A stretch of DNA of 64,000 nucleotides from a bacterium (GCA_963663405.2 CAXXSM010000076.1:112779-176778); one strand, 5' to 3'; positions 30,360 through 41,050 are shown, counted from the stretch's first letter. Notes: generated by a model not told the origin, from the sequence alone. Made by a program: numbers and translations.

Positions 30360-31832
30360 ATGATGGGGCTGAAAAAGGGATTTGGATTGTTGATTTTAGG
30401 GCTGCTTGCCGTGAATGTTGGGCTGGCTCAAGAGTGGAGCGCCGTGTATACGGAGGATTTTGAAGCGGCCGCTGTTGGGGAGAAGCCCGAAGGCTGGACC
30501 GGTGGCGATGGGGACGATACGGATGATGTCAGCATCTTTTGGGAGGTCTCCGATTTCGTGGGTTTTGATAACGAGCCATCCGGAACCACGCATAATCTGT
30601 CCATCGGTGACGACAGCGATCAAGGAAACGCCGTCATTGCCATGCCGTTTCCGGCGCAAACGGAAAACTTCAAATTGACGATTTACGTAGGAAACAATCG
30701 TCCAGGAAGTTCGTTTCTGCGAATCGCTTTGGGCGATTCGGAGGATGGCGGTCTTGATGGCGCGGGAAAATTGGGAATCGGGTATTTGAATATGAACATG
30801 AATACAACAAATGGCCTGCTTCCCAACTTCAACAGCGCTGTGGATGGGATCACTCTCCCTCATGGCAATGCGGCGCTGCATAAAGTGGAATATTACGTGG
30901 CCCGGAATGAGGAGAATACCGCGTATACACTCGCCGCCGTTACGATCGATGACATTGCGGTTCTGCCCGCCACGCCAACGGAGAATGCGCGTACTCAGTT
31001 GAATCTAATGTATTTAATAACAAGCACCAGCGGGACCAATGTCGATCTCACAATTGATGATATCACCATTGAAGTGGGTGGTTCTGGAATCGAAGCGCCG
31101 CCTGATATGGAATTCACGCCATCGGATACCGTTTATGAAGAAACCTTTGAATCCATCGATTTGAATGGTGTTCCAGAGAATTGGACGCCGGGCGATGGCG
31201 ATGATTCCGATGGTTCGGTTGTGGTTTGGGGCGTGTCGGATATGACTGATTTTGAGGGAATCCCGGATGGTTCCACGAAAACGATGTATCTCCTAGATGA
31301 ATTCGATAGCGGGAACATTATCGCTGAAGTGGCGATCGACGCGCAGGACGCTCCCATCCGTTTTAGTTTTTATGTGGGGACAACGGAAACCAGTGAAGGA
31401 GATGAAGACGATGATACTGTGCGCGTGGCTATGGGGGATAGCGCCGATGGAGGCATCGCATCAAGTGGAAAGGATGGGATCGGATTTTTGGATGTCACGT
31501 TCCGGCCAATCACGGGGGATCTGAAACTGGATTTTAGTAATACGGAACATCCATCCGGATTTACTGTGCCTCATGCGGATGGGCAGATGCATTTGATAGA
31601 ATACGTTGTCTTCCGGAATGAGGATGGTACCGCGTATGAAATGCGCAAAGCGTTTGTTGATGGCGTCGAGGCCTATCCGTTGTCCTATGTGGAATTCCAG
31701 CGCGCACAGATCGATCTGCTTCGTTTCATCACCTATACCGGTGGATTTCATCATATTTATTTAGATGATGTGCGTGTTGAAATTGGCTCCCAGGCAAAAT
31801 TGACGGAAATTGTGAATTGGAGTTTGTTCTAG
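30360..31832 (+). CDS. Secreted acidic protein with two tandem homologous beta-sandwich-like domains
   Basis: Signal peptide; VYTEDFE..PEGWTGGDGDD vs VYEETFE..PENWTPGDGDD; ends EIVNWSLF. Confidence 0.8.
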   Translation: MMGLKKGFGLLILGLLAVNVGLAQEWSAVYTEDFEAAAVGEKPEGWTGGDGDDTDDVSIFWEVSDFVGFDNEPSGTTHNLSIGDDSDQGNAVIAMPFPAQTENFKLTIYVGNNRPGSSFLRIALGDSEDGGLDGAGKLGIGYLNMNMNTTNGLLPNFNSAVDGITLPHGNAALHKVEYYVARNEENTAYTLAAVTIDDIAVLPATPTENARTQLNLMYLITSTSGTNVDLTIDDITIEVGGSGIEAPPDMEFTPSDTVYEETFESIDLNGVPENWTPGDGDDSDGSVVVWGVSDMTDFEGIPDGSTKTMYLLDEFDSGNIIAEVAIDAQDAPIRFSFYVGTTETSEGDEDDDTVRVAMGDSADGGIASSGKDGIGFLDVTFRPITGDLKLDFSNTEHPSGFTVPHADGQMHLIEYVVFRNEDGTAYEMRKAFVDGVEAYPLSYVEFQRAQIDLLRFITYTGGFHHIYLDDVRVEIGSQAKLTEIVNWSLF

Positions 31833-31841
31833 ACCAGCGAT

Positions 31842-31874
31842 CCGGGAGGAGAAATGGATGGCTTCTCCTTCCGG
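31842..31874. terminator. Hairpin between convergent genes
   Basis: ccgggaggagaa-N9-ttctccttccgg. Confidence 0.55.
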
Positions 31875-32894
31875 TTATCCGGATTCCCGGCAGATGATTT
31901 CGCGGCTGACGAACACTTTTTGATAGGGCGCCGGCAGTTCCTCTTCATTCAATACGGTTCCCGCTACGAAACCACAGACAGCGTCAAGGATTTCGTGAGT
32001 GAATTGTGGAACGGATGTGATGGAGGGGAGCGTATAGCGGCAGATCGGAAAATTCTGATATCCGATCACGCGCAGATGCTTGGGAACGGACAAACCCGCG
32101 TCATGCAGCGCCCGGATCGCTCCAATCGCCTGCGCGTCGGATACGCATACGATGCTGTCCGGTTTCATGTTTTGTGACAGGGCTTCGTGTGTCAACATAT
32201 AACCGCCATGTTCGTCGAAATCTCCATGATTGAGAATCAGGCGGTGGATTCGTTTTGCTTTGCAGAATTGTTCGTAAGCGGCGATGCGGGCCTTGTCGAC
32301 TTGGCTGGTCCAATGGCGGCCGAGGTAGAGAATGCGGCGGCAGCCGCGTTCCCATAAGTAATCAAGAGTCGCCCGGAACTGCTGTTTGTAATCGATCGTG
32401 ATGGAGTGAAATTCATCCAGCAAACGTCCGATGAACAAAATGGGAATCGGCAAATGAGCCATATTTTCACGAAACCAGTCATCGCCTTGGAGAGAAGTTC
32501 CCATGATGATGCAGAGCCGGTACGAACTCAGGCCGAGGTTGATAAAATACGTCGGATCATTTAAGAGGCGGTCTTCTTGGAGATTGTGGAAGAAGAATGA
32601 GGCTTTTGCCATACCCTCCATAGTTTGGAGCCGGTCCCGGATGCCATGATACACGAGCGGGCTTTTAAAAATATTGCAGAACATGATCCGCAATTCGGTT
32701 TTTTGCCCTTTCAATTCACGGGCCGCTTCGTTGCGAACGTAACCGAGTTCTTTGATCGAGTGTAAGATGCGGTTTTTGGTTTCCTCGGTTATGCTGAAGT
32801 TGTTGATTTCACCGTTCAAGAAACGGGAAACCGTTGGTTGAGAAACGCCCGCGAGACGGGCGACGTCTTTCATCGTTGGTTTGTTCTTTTTCAT
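31875..32894 (-). CDS. LacI-family transcriptional regulator
   Basis: PTMKDVARLAGVSQPTVSRFLN HTH, ELGYVRNEAAR hinge, GLSVP, PSITSV. Confidence 0.92.
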   Translation of the reverse strand: MKKNKPTMKDVARLAGVSQPTVSRFLNGEINNFSITEETKNRILHSIKELGYVRNEAARELKGQKTELRIMFCNIFKSPLVYHGIRDRLQTMEGMAKASFFFHNLQEDRLLNDPTYFINLGLSSYRLCIIMGTSLQGDDWFRENMAHLPIPILFIGRLLDEFHSITIDYKQQFRATLDYLWERGCRRILYLGRHWTSQVDKARIAAYEQFCKAKRIHRLILNHGDFDEHGGYMLTHEALSQNMKPDSIVCVSDAQAIGAIRALHDAGLSVPKHLRVIGYQNFPICRYTLPSITSVPQFTHEILDAVCGFVAGTVLNEEELPAPYQKVFVSREIICRESG

Positions 32895-33109
32895 GATCGG
32901 CGGTTACGATGCGCTAAATGATAATTATGCAATTGAAAATGTTGGACTGTAACGATTGAAAAATGGACAATGCGCATTGATTAAAAACAGTGTTAATAGG
33001 CTCAATGTGAAACGTGTTCTAACGAGATCGGTTGTATCGCATTGATGAATTGAACACAGAGTTTTGAACTGGATTCAACTGGTATTCATTCTATATCCAA
33101 ATATTGATT

Positions 33110-35422
33110 ATGTCACTTCGTACATTACAGAAACGAACGATTGAATGTGATCTTACGATCATCGGCGGCGGATTGGCGGGTGTTTGCGCGGCGATTACCG
33201 CGGCGCGTTTGGGATTGCGTGTAGTTTTAATTCAAGACCGGCCGGTTTTGGGGGGGAATTCCAGCAGTGAAATTCGCCTGTGGGCGTTGGGGGCGACATG
33301 TTACGGACGATCGCACAACCGGTATAGCCGTGAAAGCGGTGTTATGGGAGAACTGTTTATTGAAAACCGGTATCGCAATCCCGAAGGGAATCCCGTCATT
33401 TGGGACACAATCCTGCTGGAGTGGGTTCACCGGGAATCCAATATAACATTATTGCTGGATACTGCAGTATACGATGTCACGATGGATTCTACTTACCCGA
33501 ATCGGATTCGATCGGTTCACGCGCTCAGCGCGTTGAATCAAAATGAATATAAGGTTCGTTCGCCCTTATTTCTCGATTCGAGTGGAGATGGGATTGTTGG
33601 GTATCTCTCCGGCGCTGAATTCCAGATGGGCCGTGAAGCAGCGCAGACGTATCAAGAGCGTTTCGCGCCCCCACAGGATGACCGGCGCCTTCTCGGTTGT
33701 TCAATCTATTTTATGAGCAAGGACGCCGGGGAACCGGTTCGTTTTATCCGCCCGGATTATGCGCTGGATCTTGCTGCAACTGATATTCCCAAATTCCGCC
33801 GGATCCGGTCTGAAGAGAACGGGCCGGAATTTTGGTGGATCGAATATGGTGGATTGATGGATACTATTCACGAAGCGCATTCGATCAAATGGGAACTCTG
33901 GCGAATTGTGTATGGGATTTGGGATTATATCAAGAATAGCGGTCAATGCGCAAATACGGAAAACTTAACTTTGGAATGGGTGGGTTTGATTCCGGGTAAA
34001 CGTGAATCGAGGCGGTTCATTGGCGATTACGTTTTGACGCAATCCGATATCACAGAACAAAGGCGTTTTTCCGACGCCGCCGCGGTTGGGGGATGGCCCA
34101 TCGATCTGCATCCCGCGGAAGGTGTTTTTTCCTGTGAAAACGCTTGTTCACAAGAACATCCCGATGGCGTCTATACCATTCCATATCGTTGTTATTACTC
34201 AAAAAATATAGAGAATCTGTTTTTAGCAGGGCGTATTATTTCCGCGTCTCATGTGGCGTTTGGATCGGCGCGGGTTATGGCGACCTGCGCGGTGGGCGGG
34301 CAGGTGGTTGGCGCGGCGGCTTACCTGTGCCGGATGGCGTCTTTAACTCCTAGACAGTTGAGCGGCGATGGCGCCGAATCTTTGCAAAACCTTTTATTGA
34401 GAGAGAATCAAGATATCCATTGGCTGCGGGGAGAGGATCCGGTTAACATCGCTCGAACGGCGAATGTGGCAAGTTCGACGTACCGGAAACTTTCCAGTTT
34501 CTCTATCAAGTCTGATTCTAAATATTCGATTGATGACGATTTTGCGTTGATGTTTCCGGTAACAGAGGGGCGATTGGATCAAATCACGTTTCCAATTGCG
34601 GCTGAGCGGGATACATGTGTCTCCGTTTCAATCTGGATTAATGATAAGAAAATGAATTACATTCCGAATTGTAAGTTATGGGAAGAGACGATTTCAATTC
34701 CAAAATCTGAATCTTACAATTTAGTTATCCCCGCCGATCTTTGTTTCAAAGAGCCATTGTTTGTCTGGGTGATTGTAAATAAGAATGAAGATATTTCTTT
34801 TTTTCAATCCAGTGATCAAGCGGTAGGTGTCATCGCAAAAAAACCGGAACGGCCCCGTGAACTCCATCACCAATATGTGGGACAATTGATTTGGAAGCCA
34901 CGAAAAATCAATGTGGCTTTTTCCATCGAGCCCGCGCAGGATTGCTATCAGCCTGGAAATGTAATTAATGGATACTCACGGCCTTTGCAAACGCCCAATT
35001 GTTGGAGTTCGGAGCGATTAAAAGATGGTGAAACGGAATGGATACTACTTCGGTGGGATTCACCGCAGACGATCACTCAAATCGATGTGATCTGCAACGC
35101 TGATTGGGATAATCCTTTGGAAACCCTGTTCACCCGGCATCGCGATCGGACGTTGGAAGAAATCTTGAGAGATGTGGATATAGAAATCCAGGATCCGGAT
35201 GGTTCCTGGCGCGCGATTCAACGTGTGCGGGGAAATCATCATACCATGATCCGGACGTGTATAGAACCGGAAGTCGTAAAGGCGGTTCGTGTGACTTGTC
35301 TTGCCGCGAATGAAGAGTATCCGTTCGCAGAGATTTTTGATATTCGTGTGTATACCGCTGGTTGTGATGTGTATTGGAAGAAGGCGGCGCAGATTCAATC
35401 CGCAAATGGAAATGCAGAATGA
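33110..35422 (+). CDS. FAD-dependent oxidoreductase (FAD_oxidored family) with C-terminal discoidin-like region
   Basis: GGGLAGVCAA, DRPVLGGNSSSE, GKRESRR, IPYRC, RVMATC. Confidence 0.85.
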   Translation: MSLRTLQKRTIECDLTIIGGGLAGVCAAITAARLGLRVVLIQDRPVLGGNSSSEIRLWALGATCYGRSHNRYSRESGVMGELFIENRYRNPEGNPVIWDTILLEWVHRESNITLLLDTAVYDVTMDSTYPNRIRSVHALSALNQNEYKVRSPLFLDSSGDGIVGYLSGAEFQMGREAAQTYQERFAPPQDDRRLLGCSIYFMSKDAGEPVRFIRPDYALDLAATDIPKFRRIRSEENGPEFWWIEYGGLMDTIHEAHSIKWELWRIVYGIWDYIKNSGQCANTENLTLEWVGLIPGKRESRRFIGDYVLTQSDITEQRRFSDAAAVGGWPIDLHPAEGVFSCENACSQEHPDGVYTIPYRCYYSKNIENLFLAGRIISASHVAFGSARVMATCAVGGQVVGAAAYLCRMASLTPRQLSGDGAESLQNLLLRENQDIHWLRGEDPVNIARTANVASSTYRKLSSFSIKSDSKYSIDDDFALMFPVTEGRLDQITFPIAAERDTCVSVSIWINDKKMNYIPNCKLWEETISIPKSESYNLVIPADLCFKEPLFVWVIVNKNEDISFFQSSDQAVGVIAKKPERPRELHHQYVGQLIWKPRKINVAFSIEPAQDCYQPGNVINGYSRPLQTPNCWSSERLKDGETEWILLRWDSPQTITQIDVICNADWDNPLETLFTRHRDRTLEEILRDVDIEIQDPDGSWRAIQRVRGNHHTMIRTCIEPEVVKAVRVTCLAANEEYPFAEIFDIRVYTAGCDVYWKKAAQIQSANGNAE

Positions 35423-36948
35423 ATGAAAGTATAGGTTTTGGATTTTGGGATGTAGCCGTTTTGATTGCATACTTTGGCGTTGTGGTGGGGGTGGGTTTTT
35501 TCTTCCGCAAACACCAATCCCTTTCGGATTATTTCCTGGCGGGCCGCCGGACACATTGGCTGATTGTAGGGATTTCGATTATCGCAACATTATTCAGCGC
35601 TGTCTCGTTTGTCGCGCTGCCCAGCGAAGCCTATGCGAATGGTTTATCGATGTATCCGCGATCGCCGCTGGTGATTCTCGTGGCCCCACTTGTGATTCTT
35701 CTTTTTATTCCATTTTATTTACGCAGGGAAATCTTCACCGTCTTTGAGTATTTAGAGGAACGCTTCAATCTTCCCACCCGGCTTATCGCCAGTGGTATTT
35801 TCTTGTTGGTCCGGAGTTCGTATGTCGCTGTAGTTTTTTATGCCAGCGCCAAAGCCTTTCAACCTGTGTTTCATGTTCCGATTCCTGTTATCATCATTGG
35901 TGTGGGTTTTATCGCTACAGCGTATACGGCGCTTGGTGGAATGAAGGCGGTGATCTGGACGGATTTTTTTCAGTTTATCATCCTGTTTGGGGGAATCCTG
36001 ATTGTATTGTTTAAGTTGATCGGTGAGAGTGGAGGGGGGATCACTGAAATCTATTCATTCGCATCCGAGCGTCAACATGGTTTTGATCTATGGGCCACGG
36101 AATCGTTTTATTCGTTTTCGCTGTATGAACGAGTGACGCTGTGGTCGATTTTCGCGTATGTGTTGGTCTGGAATTCATATACCTATGGCGTCGATCAGCT
36201 GACAGTCCAGCGGTATCTGTCAACAAAAGACCAAAAGGAAGCGGCGAAAGCGTCGTTTTTTCAATTTTTGATGCTGCTTCCATTTGTCGCTTCGTTTTGG
36301 TTTGTCGGCACGGCTCTTTTTTATCACTATGGAATGAATCCATCCCTGGCTCCTCCCTCTTCGATTGATAATGATAGTATCCTTAGTTATTACATTCTCT
36401 CAGAATTGCCACCCGGTCTTGTTGGGTTGATCTTCGGCGCCATCCTCGCCGCTGTGATGTCGACTGTCGATTCGGGAATTAATAGTCTGACGACAGCGAC
36501 GATTATTGATTTTTATAAGCGGCTTGGAAACGTTCCACGCAGCGATCGGGCCTATCTCGCATTGTCCAAGCGTTGGACTTTGTTCTGGGGGGTGTTTAGC
36601 ATTTTGGCGGCCTGCGCGATTGCGATGGTTTCCGAAAGCGCCAATACGACGATCATTGAAGTGACGGCCATCTGGGGAAACTTGAACGCGGTTCTTCTCG
36701 GCGTTTTTTTACTAGGTATGCTGACCAAACGATGTTCGCCGATATCGATTTATATAGCGATGGCGGCTGGGATATTCACAACCGTTTATGTTTCTACTTT
36801 CATGTATTATCAAGCTTCGGAAGAGCAACGAATTTCATTCATGTGGATCGGCGCAATTATTTTAGGGGCGACTTGCGTCACAGGATATGTGTGCAGTTTT
36901 ATCTTTCCTAATCAAACTCCCGTTGGCAATGAGCAATCTATACAATAA
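35419..36948 (+). CDS. Sodium:solute symporter (sugar/sialic-acid class)
   Basis: DYFLAGR, EYLEERF, GGMKAVIWTD, DQLTVQRYL, AAVMSTVDS; ATGA overlap with upstream gene. Confidence 0.92.
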   Translation: MNESIGFGFWDVAVLIAYFGVVVGVGFFFRKHQSLSDYFLAGRRTHWLIVGISIIATLFSAVSFVALPSEAYANGLSMYPRSPLVILVAPLVILLFIPFYLRREIFTVFEYLEERFNLPTRLIASGIFLLVRSSYVAVVFYASAKAFQPVFHVPIPVIIIGVGFIATAYTALGGMKAVIWTDFFQFIILFGGILIVLFKLIGESGGGITEIYSFASERQHGFDLWATESFYSFSLYERVTLWSIFAYVLVWNSYTYGVDQLTVQRYLSTKDQKEAAKASFFQFLMLLPFVASFWFVGTALFYHYGMNPSLAPPSSIDNDSILSYYILSELPPGLVGLIFGAILAAVMSTVDSGINSLTTATIIDFYKRLGNVPRSDRAYLALSKRWTLFWGVFSILAACAIAMVSESANTTIIEVTAIWGNLNAVLLGVFLLGMLTKRCSPISIYIAMAAGIFTTVYVSTFMYYQASEEQRISFMWIGAIILGATCVTGYVCSFIFPNQTPVGNEQSIQ

Positions 36949-36985
36949 TAATTGACTGTATCGTGGATTCATTATTGCGGTGTTT

Positions 36986-38209
36986 TTATAGAAGACCTAT
37001 AGGAATGGCGTATGTGTTGTTGGCAAGCGGTATTACCTGTTTGCATAGGCATATGATTCCCCCTTCTCCCCGCTTATGTTGAAGATTGGATAAACATCTG
37101 AATGTGCGCGTCCATTCTCGTTTTGGCGTGGCGGATTTCTTGACCTCAACAGGATATAGAGTCTGGTCTTGTAAGAACATAAAATCAATCTCTTGTCCAT
37201 CCTTATCTCTATAGAAATAGATTTGTGGAATCCGTCCACGGTGACGCCAACTCTTGAGGATCTCGGTAAACACATATGTTTCCAGAATCGGTCCTGACAT
37301 AGCGCCTGCTTCCAGAGTTTCGGGGGATGTCCATTCGGTAAGATACGCGCATAATCCTGTGTCAAGAAAGTACAGTTTCGGTCTTTTTACAAGTCTCTTA
37401 GTAAGGTTGCTATAGTAAGGTTGAAGGAGATAGACTTGATGGCTTGCCTGGAGGATGGATAGCCAGTTTTTCGCTGTGTTTACACTGATATCCGCATCTC
37501 TTGCCAGATCTGAGTAATTCAGCAGTTGTCCCGTCCGGGCGGAACAGGCTTTAAGGAATTTGAGGAAAGACGCTTCATTCCCCACTTGCGTCAAGTCTCT
37601 GACATCTCTTTGTAAATAGGTCTGAACGTAGGAACTGAAGAATAGATCGCGGTTTTTAATTGGGCCGGCGGTTAAAGAGGGAAAGCCTCCCAGCCAGATG
37701 TCTTTATACACGCGCCGTAAACTGGAACTGGTTTGTGAACTCTCTCGTTCAGCAATATGGTTTTTTGTTGGGAGAAACGGATCTACATTGAGGGAGGTTT
37801 TTTGCCGTTCCCGGTTTGAAAATCCATAGAGTTCCAGTATCGCGACTCGGCCGGCCAGCGTTTCTGTTACACCTTTCATCATATGAAACTGCTATGATCC
37901 TGTCAGCCAAAACGCGCCTGGTTCTCTGTTTGCGTCGACTTCCATTTTGATAAAGGGAAGCAGTTCTGGCGCGTATTGGATTTCATCAATCAGAACGGGG
38001 CTGTTGAATCGTTGTAGAAATAGAGCGGGATCTTCTTTGGCCAAACTCCGCAAAACGGGATCGTCAAGTGTAACGTATCTTCGGCCGGAATCGCATATTT
38101 TTTGTAGAAGTGTTGTCTTGCCGGTTTGACGGGCTCCAGTAAGTAAAACAGCTGGAAATTGCTTGGACGCATCGAGCCAGCAGTCACTCATCGCGCGAGG
38201 GTGGTACAT
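36986..38209 (-). pseudogene. AAA_14/DUF4143 ATPase interrupted by an in-frame TAG
   Basis: GARQTGKT, IDEIQY, LTGS-TAG-QFHMMKGVTETLAGR, KLYFLDTG, EIDF; both ORFs share one frame, stop at 37892-37894. Confidence 0.8.
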
Positions 38210-38299
38210 AGAATAGGCTCCGTCTATTTTGCAATATGGTTGCATTATAGACGGAACGTAGATTCATGATAAGTGGGTATACTCACTTTTTTTAGAATT

Positions 38300-38436
38300 C
38301 ATCCGAGTGAGTACTTTTTAGTAACAATTTCTATCGATGGTGATTGCTGAGAATGAAAGGGATACCCGTTATTGCGCTATCCAAATGTAGTATCGAATAA
38401 GACAAAGGCAGATGAAAAACCTTGCCTTTGCTACCC
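38300..38436. repeat. Dispersed REP/MITE-like element copy A
   Basis: Core caaaggcagatgaaaaaccttgcctttgctaccc; upstream similarity to copy B. Confidence 0.7.
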
Positions 38437-38487
38437 TATCGTAAGAACGAGAAATGTGTTTGAGAATACCGTATTATCGTAAGAAAA

Positions 38488-39582
38488 TTATTCGGTTTTC
38501 GGCTCCATGGATGTTTCGAATTGCATGGTGTCGGCTTCAGGAACGATGACTAACGCTCCCATTTTACGTTCTCCATACGAATTCCGCGAATAGCAGATTA
38601 TGATCGGCTTGCCGATTTGGGCTGTGATTGTGTTGGAGAGGATCGTGTCATTCGAGTTATGACTATAATAATATCGAGTTGAAGACTGCCGTTTGACTTC
38701 GATATTCATTTGATGTTCCTGCTGTGAGCTATCATCGGTATCAAAGCGGATATTTAAGATGAAGGGACCAATGGGGGATTCGATTTCTCCGGAAAGAGAG
38801 GAGGTGCCGAACCAGTACCCAATGGTCTGAATCGGAGGCATGCCCAAGAAATTAACTAGATGCATTTTCAGTTGTTCGGGTAAATGTCGAAACTGCGCCG
38901 CATCGATGTTTTGTGTGAAAGTTTCGGCCTGGTCCCACTGTAAATCGATGATTTCCGCGCCGGGGATTTGTTCAACCAGTTCGACAATGGCGGCGTTCGA
39001 TTCCGCCTTGCCTTGGATCAATATTGGTTTCATTCTCTCTCGTTCATCTGTCATGTTTCCCGATCTTGGGAGTCTATCAAAATAGCGTTCATCCAATTGA
39101 ATGATATCCGAAATTTGCATGCGTGTTTCATCAAGAGTCTTTAACAACTCGGTGGTGAACGTATTTGAAAGGGTTAGTACTACAAGAGAGAAATCTTTCC
39201 ATTGGTTTTCATCATTAGGCGTTTCAAACATATAGATCCGTAATATTAACGATGATGTATCCTTCGTTTTTATATCAGGAACGTCTAATTGGGATATAAG
39301 GTTTTTAATTCTATCCATTTGATTCGCAGGCGTGTTAATAATCAGGCGGTTCGAATGCCGATCCTGATGAATCTCATCAATCCCAAAAATATCTCTAATG
39401 AGCCGTTCTAGATCACTTATGGGATAGTATTCAATAGGAATAATCTGAGTCTCCATCTCACCTTGATCTAGATCGCTCTTAGACGATGAGGAACTGAAAC
39501 CGCCGTTTTGTGATTGGGACCAGGCTTGATTGAACGCGCACAATACGAATGCCATCAAGAAATGTACGATTCGAGTGTTCAT
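38488..39582 (-). CDS. Exported protein with secretin-N (NolW-like) domain
   Basis: Signal peptide; TQIIPIEY..DRHSNRLII..IKNLISQLDVP. Confidence 0.6.
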   Translation of the reverse strand: MNTRIVHFLMAFVLCAFNQAWSQSQNGGFSSSSSKSDLDQGEMETQIIPIEYYPISDLERLIRDIFGIDEIHQDRHSNRLIINTPANQMDRIKNLISQLDVPDIKTKDTSSLILRIYMFETPNDENQWKDFSLVVLTLSNTFTTELLKTLDETRMQISDIIQLDERYFDRLPRSGNMTDERERMKPILIQGKAESNAAIVELVEQIPGAEIIDLQWDQAETFTQNIDAAQFRHLPEQLKMHLVNFLGMPPIQTIGYWFGTSSLSGEIESPIGPFILNIRFDTDDSSQQEHQMNIEVKRQSSTRYYYSHNSNDTILSNTITAQIGKPIIICYSRNSYGERKMGALVIVPEADTMQFETSMEPKTE

Positions 39583-39601
39583 GGTAATTTCTCCTTCTTC
39601 T

Positions 39602-40132
39602 TTATAAGTTGCAGACAAAATAGACTTCTCCATGATCCAACGTTCCATACAATACCCGTTGGGGGGAAGACGCTTCCTTTTTTTTCTCTAATACGATTTT
39701 TGGATTTTCGACCTGGGGATAGATTTCATTGATGATTTTTCCTGATATGATCTGCGTATCTCCAGTTCTTTCCATTGATAATGCAGGGGCGGGCGCCGCA
39801 TTTGTATCTTTCGTGACTTGTCCATTCATATTACTTACTGTTAAGAAACATCCAATACATATTCCAAGAGCAAATGTTACAAATGGTTGTGTGAGAAACG
39901 TGTAGATCTTTGAGAACCATGAAAATTGACATGAATTTTGTGTATGATCGCGCCATATATTTTCAAAGATTTCAGCTTTATCGTTCGCTGACAAATCGGG
40001 AACCGGTATTTGATCCAGTTGTTCGAAGAGCGAGCCATACGTCTCGTATTCTTTCATTAATTCTTCTTCCAGACGGAATTCACTCTCAAAAAGAAGTTTG
40101 AATTCTTCGTATGACAATCGTGGACGCTGCAT
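39602..40132 (-). CDS. Putative single-pass anti-sigma factor
   Basis: Directly downstream of ECF sigma, one central TM helix. Confidence 0.6.
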   Translation of the reverse strand: MQRPRLSYEEFKLLFESEFRLEEELMKEYETYGSLFEQLDQIPVPDLSANDKAEIFENIWRDHTQNSCQFSWFSKIYTFLTQPFVTFALGICIGCFLTVSNMNGQVTKDTNAAPAPALSMERTGDTQIISGKIINEIYPQVENPKIVLEKKKEASSPQRVLYGTLDHGEVYFVCNL

Positions 40133-40143
40133 TTTACAAACCT

Positions 40144-40713
40144 CTACCGTGTGATTTTATCGGCTAATCGTTTCCGCAAAGCGAGCAAAGAACGCCGGAT
40201 ATGAGTTCGAACAGTATTCTCGCTGCAACGCAGTGTTTGAGCGATTTTGGCCGTTGGCATATCCTCATAATAGCGAAGGATAAACGCTGTCCGCTGTGTT
40301 ACGCTGATTTTTTGTAACGCGTGAGTGATCCATTCTTGAATTCGAGCCTCCTCAAGTTCTTCGTGGACCGTTTGACCCTCTGCAATCAACATCGAAAAAG
40401 GAATCGTTTCCGATATGATTCGATTATTATTCTTGATGGCTTTCCGGTAAAAATCGATCGCTGTATTCACCGTAATCGATTTTAACCAAGGAACAAATGG
40501 TTTTCCATCGTGAAACGTATTCAAATTGCGAAACACTTTAAACCAGACTTCTTGTACGCAATCCTTGACGAGTGAAGTATCGAGCACGATCCGGTAGCAG
40601 ATGCGATGTACGCAATCGACATGCCGGTAGTACAAGAGAGCCGCGGCGCTCCCATCTTCGTTTTGAATCGCCTTGATCAGGGCGTTGTCTGAAATCTGTG
40701 ATTCCCGTTTCAT
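40144..40713 (-). CDS. ECF RNA polymerase sigma factor
   Basis: DCVQEVWFKVF, FVPWLKSITVN, QRTAFILRY, TVRTHIRR. Confidence 0.9.
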   Translation of the reverse strand: MKRESQISDNALIKAIQNEDGSAAALLYYRHVDCVHRICYRIVLDTSLVKDCVQEVWFKVFRNLNTFHDGKPFVPWLKSITVNTAIDFYRKAIKNNNRIISETIPFSMLIAEGQTVHEELEEARIQEWITHALQKISVTQRTAFILRYYEDMPTAKIAQTLRCSENTVRTHIRRSLLALRKRLADKITR

Positions 40714-40824
40714 GGTTCTATTAATTACTATACGAAAGGCAATATGAATATGGTGACAATTGAGGAAGAAATAGGAAGGAGAGTCAAGTGAGTTGATATT
40801 TACGAATAGAAAAGGCTGGTTCAT

Positions 40825-40969
40825 CCAGCAAGTGAGTACTTATTCAGTTCTCTAATAAAGATCTTTATCATCCGTCGCTTAAGAAATCAGATAAATACTG
40901 ATCAATACGTTATCCGAATGTGGTCAGGAATTATACAAGGGCAGATGAAAAACCTTGCCCTTGCCACCC
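40825..40969. repeat. Dispersed REP/MITE-like element copy B (same orientation as A)
   Basis: ggaattatacaagggcagatgaaaaaccttgcccttgccaccc. Confidence 0.7.
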
Positions 40970-41050
40970 TCTCCTATCAAAACTTCTATATTTTATGTAT
41001 TGAATTTAGAAGGTATTGCCATTCGATTTAAGACTTGCCATTTTTTACTG

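Noticed and set aside
37892-37894. TAG as pyrrolysine or an alternative genetic code
   Set aside because: The position is non-catalytic, no pyl genes are visible, and TAG ends other intact genes here (e.g. 19040, 31832).
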